64,000 bases of DNA, taken from the NCBI GenBank assembly GCA_045656285.1, contig JAZOQY010000041.1:129404-193403 (forward strand), read 5' to 3'. The notes under the pieces are model-generated. The model made no database searches, was not told the DNA's origin, and saw nothing but the letters and a program-made list of their open reading frames with translations. Positions 18,044 to 28,258 of this stretch are shown in pieces. Both the position numbers and the translations under genes were made by a program. This DNA comes from Kiritimatiellia bacterium (lineage in GTDB: Bacteria; Verrucomicrobiota; Kiritimatiellia; RFP12; UBA1067). Positions within the stretch are counted from its first letter, which is position 1, and the number at the start of each line of letters is the position of its first letter.

Positions 18044-19267
18044 TTACATTTCTTCCGGTTCTGAATTGCCGTGAGGGATCGGCTTCCAGCGTCTTGTGGG
18101 AAACACGATCGTCCAAAGAATCGACGCGGAAAGAATAAAGGAAAACGCGGGGAACGTCAGTACGGCCCACCATTTCGGACGCCGCTTCTTGCTGGAGAGG
18201 AAGACCGCCCCCCACGCAGTCACCAGGCCTACGATAGCAACAAAGACGAACATCGCCAAACACAGGATCGCCGCTTGAACGGCAGGACCGCCCAAACACA
18301 CCTTGAGGACAAACGCCAACACGGCAAAAAGCAGAACGAACGCAACGGACATGCCGGTCAAAATGGCGAAATAGCTATCGAAAAGACGCATCGACGGACG
18401 ACGGAACATGGCCTTGAGCCACGGGAAGAGATAAAGTCCCGCGACATGCCAGCCGCCGGTGGTCCAGCGGCAAAGCTGATGCCACATGTGCTTCACCTTC
18501 ACAGGCTGCTCGTCGGAATACTCCGCTTCTGATATGTAGCCGATGCGACGGCCGGAAATGTTGCACTGGACCGAAAATTCCACATCTTCGACCAAAGTGT
18601 GGGTACGCCAGCCCTTGCCTTCCAGGATGGTCGTCAGAAATGCGAATCCCGTACCGGTCAGCTTACCCGAAAGCCCCAGCTTCGTACGCACGCGGTTCGA
18701 AAGTTCGTTCATCAGATCCCAGTAAACGGTATACCAGCCGGAGATCACATTTGTCGTGGCGTTCGAGGTCATGCGACGGCCCGTAGCTATCACATCCCCG
18801 TCGTTGAGCGCGTTATTCATCTCGTCGAACCACTGAGCGGAAACGACGTTGTCGGCGTCGAACACCGCTATCGCATCGTAATAGTCAGAACGCTCCAGAA
18901 CCTTGTTGATCGCCCACGCCAGAACATCTCCCTTGCCCGAACTGGGCTCGGTCTTCTCCCAGACCGTGGCTCCGGCGGCACGGGCGGCTTCGGCGGTCTT
19001 GTCGGTGCAGTTGTCGGCCACGACAATCACCTCTCGCTTGTCCTTGGGATAGGAGGACATCAAAACGCTTTTGACAGGAAGGCGAATGACGTTTTCCTCG
19101 TTTCGGGCGCAGATCAATACGGCGAAACGGAGCTTGCGGTCGGCGACAGGATGTTTCCTGCGCGGAATGAGAAGCCCTACGGCGACCACAAGAGTGGACC
19201 ACAGGAACACAAGTCCCAGACCGATTGCCACATAGTCAAAACCGTTGAACGAATTACTCTCAATCAT
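18044..19267 (-). CDS. Membrane-bound family-2 glycosyltransferase
   Basis: GT2 motifs …AVLICARNEENVI…VVADNCTD…VFDADNV…QxxRW-like QLCRWTTG, plus C-terminal TM helices. Start re-picked at ATG 19265–19267 to avoid a 68-bp overlap with the next gene. Confidence 0.7.
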   Translation of the reverse strand: MIESNSFNGFDYVAIGLGLVFLWSTLVVAVGLLIPRRKHPVADRKLRFAVLICARNEENVIRLPVKSVLMSSYPKDKREVIVVADNCTDKTAEAARAAGATVWEKTEPSSGKGDVLAWAINKVLERSDYYDAIAVFDADNVVSAQWFDEMNNALNDGDVIATGRRMTSNATTNVISGWYTVYWDLMNELSNRVRTKLGLSGKLTGTGFAFLTTILEGKGWRTHTLVEDVEFSVQCNISGRRIGYISEAEYSDEQPVKVKHMWHQLCRWTTGGWHVAGLYLFPWLKAMFRRPSMRLFDSYFAILTGMSVAFVLLFAVLAFVLKVCLGGPAVQAAILCLAMFVFVAIVGLVTAWGAVFLSSKKRRPKWWAVLTFPAFSFILSASILWTIVFPTRRWKPIPHGNSEPEEM

Positions 19268-20078
19268 CACGCCATCTCCTATGAACCCATAAATATTGTT
19301 CTGGATACTCACGAATCGCCGATTCAAGACGATCGTTCAAAATCTGTGTTGCAGCATCCCTGTCCGCATCTTTGGCAAACGCAAGCGGACTTCCGCCGAC
19401 AAGCCTGTAACGATACGGAGCTATGCGCACAAACGATCCAACAACAATTTTGCATCCGCTCCGCATGGCAAGACGCGTAGCACTCGTAAAAGTACGGGCG
19501 GGACGCCCGAAAAACCGCAATTTCGCGCCGCTCGACGTATGCTGATCGATAAGAATCGTCATCGCAGCCGACGTCTCTGTCCATTGGCGCAAAACGGCAG
19601 ACGTGAAGCCTTTGTTCTTGTCGACCACCGTAACAGGGCCTCTGAAATGATGCTTCTTCATCCATTTCGCGACAAATCTGCTGTTCATCACGCGCGCCAC
19701 AGCGATCATAGGACGGGCAAACGAAAGAACGTTCGTCGCCGCCTCCCATACTCCGTGGTGGGCGCTTACAAGAATAATCGGCTCGTCGGGAGAGTCGAGA
19801 AGAAGCTTTGCAGTTTCAGGATCGATCGAATCGACCTCCAGGTGTTCGCGCCAGTTCGAGGCGTTGACGACATTCGGAACGCAAAGCGCCTCGCAAACAT
19901 GCCCCGCAAGGTGACACCAGGACTTTTTGGCGATTCGCTTGGCCTCCTTCTCGTCTGAAGTAATCCCGCACTTCATGATATTCATAACAGCCAAACGCCT
20001 CCTTTTAGGGAAAAACGGCCACAGGAGCGCGGCAAAACCGGCCCCGAAGCCATAAGCGTGTTTCTGTATGAATGTCAT
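19260..20078 (-). CDS. LpxL/HtrB-family lipid A (lysophospholipid) acyltransferase
   Basis: …ILVSAHHGVWEAA… (the HX4E catalytic motif) and LpxL-like length. Start re-picked at MTFIQKH (20078) so that it abuts the hisD stop. Confidence 0.7.
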   Translation of the reverse strand: MTFIQKHAYGFGAGFAALLWPFFPKRRRLAVMNIMKCGITSDEKEAKRIAKKSWCHLAGHVCEALCVPNVVNASNWREHLEVDSIDPETAKLLLDSPDEPIILVSAHHGVWEAATNVLSFARPMIAVARVMNSRFVAKWMKKHHFRGPVTVVDKNKGFTSAVLRQWTETSAAMTILIDQHTSSGAKLRFFGRPARTFTSATRLAMRSGCKIVVGSFVRIAPYRYRLVGGSPLAFAKDADRDAATQILNDRLESAIREYPEQYLWVHRRWRDD

Positions 20079-20082
20079 GTTT

Positions 20083-21357
20083 CTATTCAAAACGGATAGT
20101 CGCGGCTCTGCCGTGAGCATCCAGACCTTCGACCGCGGCGAACGCCTCGATCGTCGACTTGGTCTCCTTCAGATCCTCCCTGGTGAATGCGACGAAACTG
20201 TGACGGCGGCGGAAATCATCCGGCGTAAGACCGTTGAACATGTCCGCAGCTCCTCCGGTCGGAAGAACATGGCTCGGCCCCGCCACAAAGTCGCCTGCCG
20301 ATTCGGGAGTCCACGGCCCAGCGAAGACCGCTCCCGCCGAACGGACACCCTTCATGACCTTAAGCGCGTCTGAAGTCATGATCTCAAAATGCTCGGGGGC
20401 AAAACGGTTGACGACCTCAAGGCCCTCTTTCACGTTCCTGGCGACGACGATCAAAATCCCGCCGCGGTCTATGACGCGCTTGACTATGTCCTTGCGCGAA
20501 AGCGTCTCGGTCTGCGCGAGAACCTGGGCTTTGATCTCGCGGGCGAACTTTTCGCTCGTGCAGACGCAAAGCGACTTCTCCCACCCGCTGCCGTGCTCGG
20601 CCTGGCTCAAAAGATCGGCGGCTATCCATGACGCGCTGACGGACCCATCGGTCAAAACTGCGATTTCGCTGGGACCGGCCACCTGATCGATGGCGACATA
20701 GCCGTAAACCTGACGTTTGGCCGCCGTGACGTACGCGTTGCCGGGACCCGCAATCTTCTGGACTTTCCTGCAGGATTTCGTGCCGAAAGCCATCATGCCG
20801 ATGGCCTGAATTCCTCCGACCCGGTAAATCTCGGTCGCACCAGCCAATTTAAGGGCATACAAAAGCACGGGATTGACTTCACCTGTCTTGCCGGCGGGAG
20901 TGCAGGCGACGATTTCCTTTACGCCAGCGGCCTTGGCGAGAGTCACGGTCATTATCGAAGTGGACGCCAAAGGCGCGGTGCCGCCGGGAACATAAACGCC
21001 GACACGGTCCATCGGAGAGAAGAACTCGCCCGTGGTTCCGCCGCGCGGAGTCTTCATCGACCATGGCTCGCGCAAAGACGCCTTTGAAAATTTCATGACG
21101 CGACGATGGGCATCCTTGACGGCCTTGAGAACAGACGGATCGATCGTCTTCTCCAAAGAGTCGATGTCGACATCAATCCTCAAAGACTTGCCTTTATAGC
21201 CCTCGAACTTGCGGACATATTTCAAAACGGCCTTCTCTGAATTCTTGCGGATATCGGCAAGAACCCCGAATGCGGCCTTTTCGGCCTCTTCGGGGAACGC
21301 TGGACGAGCATTGAACTTCTCTACGCTCTTATCTCCGGCCTTGACGATTTTTATCAT
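20083..21357 (-). CDS. hisD: Histidinol dehydrogenase
   Basis: Full-length HisD (…VGVYVPGGTAPLASTSIM…SQAEHG…). 424 aa. Confidence 0.9.
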   Translation of the reverse strand: MIKIVKAGDKSVEKFNARPAFPEEAEKAAFGVLADIRKNSEKAVLKYVRKFEGYKGKSLRIDVDIDSLEKTIDPSVLKAVKDAHRRVMKFSKASLREPWSMKTPRGGTTGEFFSPMDRVGVYVPGGTAPLASTSIMTVTLAKAAGVKEIVACTPAGKTGEVNPVLLYALKLAGATEIYRVGGIQAIGMMAFGTKSCRKVQKIAGPGNAYVTAAKRQVYGYVAIDQVAGPSEIAVLTDGSVSASWIAADLLSQAEHGSGWEKSLCVCTSEKFAREIKAQVLAQTETLSRKDIVKRVIDRGGILIVVARNVKEGLEVVNRFAPEHFEIMTSDALKVMKGVRSAGAVFAGPWTPESAGDFVAGPSHVLPTGGAADMFNGLTPDDFRRRHSFVAFTREDLKETKSTIEAFAAVEGLDAHGRAATIRFE

Positions 21358-21369
21358 CTTAAAGCTCCA

Positions 21370-21837
21370 TCATTTGTCCTTTTCGCCGAGGACGCACTTG
21401 ACCTCGCACTCGGCGGCAAGCTCATCTCCGACATACCCCTTGAGGGCGAAAACGCCGAGTCGCGAGCGCACCCGAACGTTTTCGACAACCGTCGTGAGTT
21501 TGTCGCCGGGTCTCACCGGGCGGCGGAAACGGGCATTGTCGACGGCGGCAAGAAGGAACGAAGCCTCCTTGTCCTGGCCGCCGAGAGCATTGCGGGCAAC
21601 AAGCGCCGCACCAGAAACCTGGGCCATCGCCTCAACCAAAACGACACCCGGGACCACAGGAAAATCAGGGAAATGACCTTTGAAAAACTCGTTTTTCTCC
21701 ATCGTGAACGTATATTCGCCCAACGCACCCGTCTCATCGGCGGAAATAAGGTTGTCGACGAACAAGAACGGGCTGCGGTGCGGGAGCAGTTCTATGCCGG
21801 GTTTATTGTACGAGTTTTTGAACTGGGGAAATTCCAT
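21370..21837 (-). CDS. fabZ: 3-hydroxyacyl-ACP dehydratase
   Basis: LPHRSPFLFVD…GHFPDFPVVPGVVLVEAMAQ hotdog motif. Start re-picked at MEFPQF (ATG 21835–21837). Confidence 0.85.
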   Translation of the reverse strand: MEFPQFKNSYNKPGIELLPHRSPFLFVDNLISADETGALGEYTFTMEKNEFFKGHFPDFPVVPGVVLVEAMAQVSGAALVARNALGGQDKEASFLLAAVDNARFRRPVRPGDKLTTVVENVRVRSRLGVFALKGYVGDELAAECEVKCVLGEKDK

Positions 21838-21856
21838 ATCGGTTTTCCTTGGGTTT

Positions 21857-23146
21857 TCAGACCTTTTTGAAGACGAGAATGCCGTTGTGGCCGCCGAATC
21901 CGAGCGAACTCGAAAGCGCGACACGAATCTCGCGCTCGACGCCCTTGTTGGGCGTGTAGTTCAAATCGAGCGGAGTTTCGCCGTTCTCGACATTGACTTC
22001 GAGATCGGGATTCTCGTAATTGATCGTGGGAGGAACGAATCCCTCGTGGATGGCAAGAGCGGTGATCGCGGCCTCGAGCGCGCCCGCCGCGCCGAGAAGG
22101 TGCCCGTGCATGGACTTGGTGGAAGAGATGTTGATCTTCTTCGCGCCCTCCTCGCCGAAGATGCGCTTGAAAGCCTTGGTCTCCATCTGATCGTTGAGAT
22201 GGGTCGATGTTCCGTGCGCGTTGATGTAATCAACCGTAGAGCGGTCTTCTATGCCGGCATCCTTGAGCGCGATCTCGATGGCCTTTACGGCGCCGTCGCC
22301 AGACGGATCGGGAGCCGTGATGTGGTACGCGTCGGACGTCGAACCGTAACCGGCGAGCTCGCAGTAGACGCGGGCGCCGCGAGCCTTGGCGTGCTCCTCG
22401 GATTCGAGAATGAGAACGGCGGCACCCTCGCCCATGACGAAACCGTCGCGGTCGGCATTGAACGGACGGCACGCCTTCTCGGGCGTATCGTTGAACTTTG
22501 TCGAAAGAGCGCGCATTCTCATGAATCCGCCGACGGCGAATTCAAGAACAGCCGCCTCCGTGCCGCCGGCGATGACGACATCGGCGCGGCCTGCGCGGAT
22601 CATGTCGAGCGCGAAGCCAAGCGCATCCGTCGAGCTGGCGCAGGCTGTGGTGACAACCTGAGCGGGGCCCTTGGCGCCAAGCGCGATAGAGACGTTGCCG
22701 GCAGCCTCGTTGGCGATAAGTTCGGGAATCGCCAAAGGAGAGAGGCGTTCAGGGCCACGGTCGAAAAGCGTCTTGTAGCTCTCGCCGGTGACTTCAAGAC
22801 CTCCGATGCCGTTGCCGATGAGAGTGCCGACGCGATCCATGTCGGGCTTGGACTCTTCGGTATAGCCGGCATCGCGCCAGGCCTCGACGGCCGCAGCGAC
22901 GGCGTACTGGGAGAACAGCGCCATGTGACGGGCTTCGCGCTTGTCGATAAGCCCGCCGTCGATTGCATAAGACTGGAAATCCTTCACTTCGCCGGCGACC
23001 TGGCTGGTGCAGCGCGATGCATCGAACTTTGTGATTTTGCCGACAGCCGGAGTGCCCGCCTTGAGCGAAGCCCAGGCCGCGTCTTTGCCGTTGCCGTTGG
23101 CGCACAGCATTCCGATACCAGTAATCATTACTTTCTTCATCTTCAA
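21857..23146 (-). CDS. fabF: β-ketoacyl-ACP synthase II
   Basis: MKMKKVMITGIGMLCANG… Active-site context …VTTACASST…, …HGTST…, …GHLLGAAG…. Confidence 0.9.
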   Translation of the reverse strand: MKMKKVMITGIGMLCANGNGKDAAWASLKAGTPAVGKITKFDASRCTSQVAGEVKDFQSYAIDGGLIDKREARHMALFSQYAVAAAVEAWRDAGYTEESKPDMDRVGTLIGNGIGGLEVTGESYKTLFDRGPERLSPLAIPELIANEAAGNVSIALGAKGPAQVVTTACASSTDALGFALDMIRAGRADVVIAGGTEAAVLEFAVGGFMRMRALSTKFNDTPEKACRPFNADRDGFVMGEGAAVLILESEEHAKARGARVYCELAGYGSTSDAYHITAPDPSGDGAVKAIEIALKDAGIEDRSTVDYINAHGTSTHLNDQMETKAFKRIFGEEGAKKINISSTKSMHGHLLGAAGALEAAITALAIHEGFVPPTINYENPDLEVNVENGETPLDLNYTPNKGVEREIRVALSSSLGFGGHNGILVFKKV

Positions 23147-23179
23147 TTCCTCTCTTTTAAATTCTTGGATTTCTTCCGG

Positions 23180-24202
23180 TTAAAGATTCGGCCAGGTGCA
23201 GAACGTGCCGGCGTACGTAAGGCCCGCGCCGAATCCGACCATGACGATGTTCATTCCGTCCTTGAGTTCCCCGGCTCTGACGGCCTGGTCAAGCGAGATC
23301 GGAATGGATGCTGCGCTCGTGTTGGCCGTTGTTTCGAGATTAAGCCAGAATTTCTCAAGAGGAAGCTTCATGCGGCGCGCGACGGCCTCGATGATGCGAC
23401 CGTTGGCCTGGTGGGCGAACACGCGGTCGATCTCCTCGGGAGTCGTTCCGAGAAGATTGCAGAGATCGCTCGAGACCTTGGCGAGGGTCTTGACCGCAAA
23501 GACAAAGACATCGTGGCCCTTGAGGGTGAGCTCGGGCAGGAACGGCTGAGGCTTCTCCGGAACCTGAGTTACAGGCGAAATCGGCAAAGCGTCCTTGCAG
23601 CCGCCCGTGCGCATGATGAAATGCGAACCCAGGCCGTCGGCCCCGAGAATCGTGTGGGCCTTTGTCTTGAGCGACGCGACACCCGGCGGCTCGTCGTTGC
23701 CGAGAACGACAGCTCCGGCACCGTCGCCGAAGAGGATGCAGCTCGCACGGTCCGTCCAGTCGAGAATGCGCGTAAGCGATTCAGCGCCGATGACGAGAGC
23801 CTTCTTGTCGGGATAGAAGTTCACGAACCCGCGAGCCTGCTCGAGAGCGTAAACGAAGCCGGCGCATGCCGCCTGGAGATCGAAGGCGCCGGCGTTTGTG
23901 CATCCGAGAATTCCCTGGACTATGCAAGCCGTCGAAGGGAAAGGATTATAATCCGGCGTTGATGTCGCTACGACAATCAAGCCTATTTCATCGGCCTTGA
24001 CCCCCGCCGCATCCATCGCCGCCTGAGCGGCTTTTGCGGCCATGGTCGAAGTCGACTCCCCTTCTCCGGCAACATGGCGCGAATGGATGCCCGTATGGGA
24101 ATAAATCCACTCGTCAGACGTTTCCAAAGACTGAGCAATATCGTCGTTTGTGACGATTTTCTCAGGAAGATAACTGCCGGTTCCTAATATACGAATACCC
24201 AT
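23180..24202 (-). CDS. fabH: β-ketoacyl-ACP synthase III
   Basis: MGIRILGTGSYLP…ACAGFVYAL… (Cys-His-Asn triad context). AGGAG sits 6 nt upstream of ATG 24200–24202; the track's GTG start at 24208 is 2 codons longer. Confidence 0.9.
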   Translation of the reverse strand: MGIRILGTGSYLPEKIVTNDDIAQSLETSDEWIYSHTGIHSRHVAGEGESTSTMAAKAAQAAMDAAGVKADEIGLIVVATSTPDYNPFPSTACIVQGILGCTNAGAFDLQAACAGFVYALEQARGFVNFYPDKKALVIGAESLTRILDWTDRASCILFGDGAGAVVLGNDEPPGVASLKTKAHTILGADGLGSHFIMRTGGCKDALPISPVTQVPEKPQPFLPELTLKGHDVFVFAVKTLAKVSSDLCNLLGTTPEEIDRVFAHQANGRIIEAVARRMKLPLEKFWLNLETTANTSAASIPISLDQAVRAGELKDGMNIVMVGFGAGLTYAGTFCTWPNL

Positions 24203-24230
24203 ATTCACTCCTGTTTACGGATTTTGCACC

Positions 24231-24243
24231 ATTATACCAAAAA
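24231..24243 (-). promoter_or_regulatory. Candidate extended −10 element TTTTTGGTATAAT upstream of fabH
   Basis: Reverse complement of attataccaaaaa. About 28 nt upstream of the fabH ATG and upstream of the AGGAG Shine-Dalgarno (SD) sequence. Confidence 0.45.
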
Positions 24244-24270
24244 TAGTTGAAGTTGAACAATGGACTTTAA

Positions 24271-26013
24271 TTATCTGGAGAAATGCGATCGGTGCACCGA
24301 AGCGTCAACCAGAATGTTTTTCTGGCGGTTTTTCTCGCCCAAAGAACGCGCGACATGTACGCGGCGGCCGCTGACGGGATCGATCCCCGTGTAATACATG
24401 CATGTCGCGGCGGTAAGGGGGGTCGGCGTGAAAATCTGGACCTGCTCGGGGTTGAGCTTGAGCTCCCTCGTCGCGAAACGCTTGAGCTCGCGCATGTCCG
24501 CTTCCGTGCATCCCGGATGCGCCGCGATGAAATAATACGTCAAGAACTGCTTTTTGCCGAACCGCCTGTTGGCGGCCTCGAATTTTCTTTTGAACTTCAA
24601 AAGGCTCTCGACGCCGGGCTTTCCCATGAACTCCAGGACGCGGGGAACAACATGCTCGGGCGCAAGCTTGAGCTGGCCGGACACATGATGCCTGGCGATC
24701 GCGTCGATGTACCGGTCGCCGCATGCGCTGTCGGCGGCGACAAGGTCGGGACGGATGCCGCTGGCGACAAAGACACGCCTGACGCCCGGTATCGAGCGCA
24801 ATTTCTGAAGCAGATCAAGCTGAGGGCGATGATCGACCTTCAACGAAGGACATACGGACGGGAAAAGGCAGGCTTTGTTTCTGCACGCGCCTGCCGACGC
24901 CTTTCTCGCGCAATCAAACCCGTACATGTTCGCCGTCGGACCGCCGACATCGCTGACAATCCCCTTAAAGCGCGGATGATCAAGAAAACGCTTCACTTCG
25001 TTCACGATGCTTTCGGGCGAACGGCTCACGATCCGACGCCCCTGATGGACGGCTATGGCGCAGAATCTGCATCCGCCGTAGCAGCCGCGATGGGTGGTGA
25101 CGCTGAAACGGACGGTGTCCAGAGCCCTTATCTCCCCCTGGCTGCGGATCGAGGCGGGCGCGTCCAGCGTCCATTTGATGTCATGGACGGCGTCCAGCTC
25201 ATCACGCTCCAGCGGCGGAGAAGGAGTGTTGTGAACCAGGTAGCGATTGTCGACTTTCTGGATCAGCACCCTGGCCGTCACGGGATCCTGATTGTCGGAG
25301 AAAAGCCTGAACGCATCGGCAAACGCCTTCCTGCCTTCATCCGTGGCGGCGCTGACTTCCGCATAGGACGGCAGCACCGTCGCATTCTCCGGCAAAACGA
25401 AATTCTTTTCGCTTGCCATGTAGCAAAGCCCCCTGATCGACCGCCAGTCGCGTCCGTTCTTGAGCGCATCGGCGAATTCAAGGACCGTCCTCTCGCCCAT
25501 TCCGTATGAAAGCGCGTCTGCCTTTGCGTCGCATACGATCGGTCGGCGCACTTTATCGCTCCAGAAATCATAGTGGCTTATGCGCCTCAAACTTGCCTCC
25601 ACTCCGCCCAGAAGGATGGGTTTTGCCGGCTTCCACGCAGAACGGATCGCGTTGGAATAGACTATCGCCGCACGGTCGGGGCGGCGGTTGTTCTCGCCGC
25701 CAGGCGTGAAATCGTCATGATGGCGCCTTTTCCCCGACGCCGTGTAATTGGCGACCATCGAATCGACGCATCCGGGGCTCACGCCCCAGAAAAGCGCCGG
25801 CTCTCCCAGTTTCTTGAACGCCAGAGGATCGTTCATGTCGGGCTGGCTCAAGACAGCAACGCGATATCCCGCCTTGGCAAGCGTCCGGCCGATCACCGCG
25901 ACGCCGCTGTAGGGCGAATCGATATAGGCGTCTCCGCTCACCAGAATGACATCGGCCTGATCCCATCCGAGCTTAAGCATCTCTTCTCTGGTAACGGGTA
26001 TTGGATCATTCAT
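24271..26013 (-). CDS. ygiQ: YgiQ-family (UPF0313) radical SAM protein
   Basis: N-terminal …DVILVSGDAYIDSPYSGVAVIGR…VAVLSQPD… plus a radical-SAM core …RGCYGGCRFCAIAVHQGR… Start re-picked at MNDPIP (ATG 26011–26013). Confidence 0.8.
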   Translation of the reverse strand: MNDPIPVTREEMLKLGWDQADVILVSGDAYIDSPYSGVAVIGRTLAKAGYRVAVLSQPDMNDPLAFKKLGEPALFWGVSPGCVDSMVANYTASGKRRHHDDFTPGGENNRRPDRAAIVYSNAIRSAWKPAKPILLGGVEASLRRISHYDFWSDKVRRPIVCDAKADALSYGMGERTVLEFADALKNGRDWRSIRGLCYMASEKNFVLPENATVLPSYAEVSAATDEGRKAFADAFRLFSDNQDPVTARVLIQKVDNRYLVHNTPSPPLERDELDAVHDIKWTLDAPASIRSQGEIRALDTVRFSVTTHRGCYGGCRFCAIAVHQGRRIVSRSPESIVNEVKRFLDHPRFKGIVSDVGGPTANMYGFDCARKASAGACRNKACLFPSVCPSLKVDHRPQLDLLQKLRSIPGVRRVFVASGIRPDLVAADSACGDRYIDAIARHHVSGQLKLAPEHVVPRVLEFMGKPGVESLLKFKRKFEAANRRFGKKQFLTYYFIAAHPGCTEADMRELKRFATRELKLNPEQVQIFTPTPLTAATCMYYTGIDPVSGRRVHVARSLGEKNRQKNILVDASVHRSHFSR

Positions 26014-26060
26014 GGCATCGCCCCAACACATTCTCGCTTGGTTCAAGCATCCTGCAAGCA

Positions 26061-26999
26061 TCAGAATCCCGGAAGATTCATCTGTCCCGACACGCAGACT
26101 TTGCGTCCTTTGGAAAGCGTCCGGTCCGAGGTATCGTACACTACGAATTTTATCCCGTCGAAACGGCGGGAGAGTTCAGACCTTATGTAATTCGATACGC
26201 TTTTGACATTACCCTTGTCGTCATCGGAGAACCCGATTGCGACCGATCTGCCGAGACCGCCCGTACGTTGGAGCATGTGGAAGACATGCTCCACGAAATC
26301 GCGTATCGCGAACTCCTTGGCGAGTTCCGGCTTTGCGGCCGTCGTGGCCCTGGCGAGCTTCTCCTTGTAGACGGGATCGTTGGCCATACGCTCCTTGAAC
26401 CCGTCGTACGTGACCGCCGCGTAACGGCACATCCCCAGATAGTAATCGAGCTCCTCTTCGTCGGTGCCGAACGTTTCGACCTTGTCGAGAAACTTTCTGT
26501 ATCCGCGAAGATTCGACATCATCGTTTCGCGCTCGAGCGGGGTTAGAGCGTTCTCTATGAAGACGCGAACCGCCTTCTCTATTGTCGCGGGAGCGTGCCC
26601 GCGCGCTGTCACGATGGCGAATATCCGACCTTCGATCAGCGTCTTGCGGAACGTATTGTAGCTCGGAGAAGGCTTCTCGCCGTTTGAAACCTTGGCCAGC
26701 GCCGCAAGCGTATCCTCGATGAAGCGGTTCGGCTCGTCGTCATTTTCGGGATCGGCGAAATTCCTGAACGCCTCGTCCCAGCCGCCGTTCGCCGGCGGAC
26801 GGTAGTGATCGGTGTCGGTTCTCACGAGCGCGAAGGTCGAGGTCGAAACCTCGACGCTCTTCCATACGCCATCCTCGCCTTTATGCTCCATCCTTATCTT
26901 GGTGGGCATGTGAAGGATGTTGTCGTCCCAATCGAAGATGTAATACTTGAAGTCGCGGTTGGCGACCTCTTCGTTCAGGTACGGAACGGGGCGCGTCAC
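26061..26999 (-). CDS. Hypothetical protein, divergent HAD-superfamily hydrolase-like
   Basis: Motif I-like YIFDWDDNIL (position 5 is Asn, not Thr/Val). Motif II-like AIVTAR. Motif IV-like GFSDDDKGN. No closer family recognised. Confidence 0.4.
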   Translation of the reverse strand: MTRPVPYLNEEVANRDFKYYIFDWDDNILHMPTKIRMEHKGEDGVWKSVEVSTSTFALVRTDTDHYRPPANGGWDEAFRNFADPENDDEPNRFIEDTLAALAKVSNGEKPSPSYNTFRKTLIEGRIFAIVTARGHAPATIEKAVRVFIENALTPLERETMMSNLRGYRKFLDKVETFGTDEEELDYYLGMCRYAAVTYDGFKERMANDPVYKEKLARATTAAKPELAKEFAIRDFVEHVFHMLQRTGGLGRSVAIGFSDDDKGNVKSVSNYIRSELSRRFDGIKFVVYDTSDRTLSKGRKVCVSGQMNLPGF

Positions 27000-28249
27000 A
27001 GCGCATCCCCTTCGAAATCGAACCCGGCCGCCCGCTCCAGGCGGACGCGGCAGAAATCGCCGACCGCGAGACGGCGGGCCTTCGGAGAATCGAGAAGATA
27101 CACGACGCCGTCGACATCGGGAGCCTGGGAACGCATGCGGGCGACGCCGGGAGCCACAACAAGCGCGTCGTATGCCTCACCCAGCATCTTCCTGGACTTC
27201 ACCTTCCAGAGCTTCTTCGCTTCGGCCATGACAATCCTTTCGCGCTCTTCGGCAATCTTGCGCGACGGGCGGCCCGACATCTTCGCGCCCTTGGTGCCCT
27301 TCTCGGGACTGTACGCGAACGCACCGAGCCGATCGAACTGCATGCGCCTCAAATCCGCAAGAAGCTCGTTGAAACGGGCTTCAGTCTCGCCGGGAAAGCC
27401 GGTCATCACGGTTGTGCGAAGCGTAATTCCGGGCACTACGTCGCGCAGGACCTCCGCCGCCACACGAGACGCCTCGATCGCGCCCTTGCGGTTCATCTTG
27501 GCGAGGATTTCGGGAACGGTATGCTGGAGCGGAACGTCGACATACTTCACCGCATGCTTCGCATTGTTGAGCCAGTCGACGAATTCCTCCGTGATCTCGC
27601 TGGGATAGCTGTAGAGGACACGAATCCAAAACTCCCCCTTTAGCGCGTCAAGCTTCCAAAGCAGATCGCTCAACCGGGTCTTTTCCTTGAGATCGCAACC
27701 GTAAAGCATGGGGTCTTGAGCCACGATATTCAGTTCGCGGCAGCCGCTCTTTATGAGCGCCTTTGCCTCGCGAATGATATCCGCCATCGGGCGCGAACGG
27801 AATCTGCCGCGAATGCCCGGTATTGCGCAGTAGGCGCACTTGTGGTTGCAGCCCTCGGCGATCTTGAGATACGCAAACGCCTTTCCGGTAAACCTGAGCT
27901 CCGGCATTTTAGGCTCGATCCATTCGGACGGAACTCCCTGCCAGACATCGACGCCGGGGAATTTCGACTTCGCTTTCGGATATCGCTGAGGGTAGCATCC
28001 CGTGACGACGACCTTGCCGAAATTGCCGCTGTTCTTGAGCGCGACGGCGCGGGCGATCTCGCTCTCGGCCTCTTCACGGGCCGAGGCGATGAACGAACAC
28101 GTATTGACGATCACAACATCTGCGCGGTCGGGATCGGGCGAAAGTACGCAGCCCTCCTTGAGAAGGTTGCCCGCCATAACCTGAAGATCGACTGCGTTTT
28201 TGGCGCACCCGAGAGATACCAGCGACAACGATGTTTTTGCTTTAGCCAT
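26996..28249 (-). CDS. rimO: Ribosomal protein S12 methylthiotransferase (MiaB-family radical SAM)
   Basis: N-terminal MTTase domain …LVSLGCAKNAVD…VIVNTCSFI…, a radical-SAM CNHKCAYC motif and a TRAM-like C-terminus. ATG at 28247–28249. Confidence 0.85.
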   Translation of the reverse strand: MAKAKTSLSLVSLGCAKNAVDLQVMAGNLLKEGCVLSPDPDRADVVIVNTCSFIASAREEAESEIARAVALKNSGNFGKVVVTGCYPQRYPKAKSKFPGVDVWQGVPSEWIEPKMPELRFTGKAFAYLKIAEGCNHKCAYCAIPGIRGRFRSRPMADIIREAKALIKSGCRELNIVAQDPMLYGCDLKEKTRLSDLLWKLDALKGEFWIRVLYSYPSEITEEFVDWLNNAKHAVKYVDVPLQHTVPEILAKMNRKGAIEASRVAAEVLRDVVPGITLRTTVMTGFPGETEARFNELLADLRRMQFDRLGAFAYSPEKGTKGAKMSGRPSRKIAEERERIVMAEAKKLWKVKSRKMLGEAYDALVVAPGVARMRSQAPDVDGVVYLLDSPKARRLAVGDFCRVRLERAAGFDFEGDAL

Positions 28250-28258
28250 GACTGTTCA

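Noticed and set aside
21680-23962. 760-aa plus-strand ORF spanning the fabF and fabH loci
   Set aside because: It is antisense to two well-conserved genes. It is Arg/Ala/Gly-rich and low in complexity, typical of shadow ORFs in ~60% GC DNA, and has no recognisable domain.
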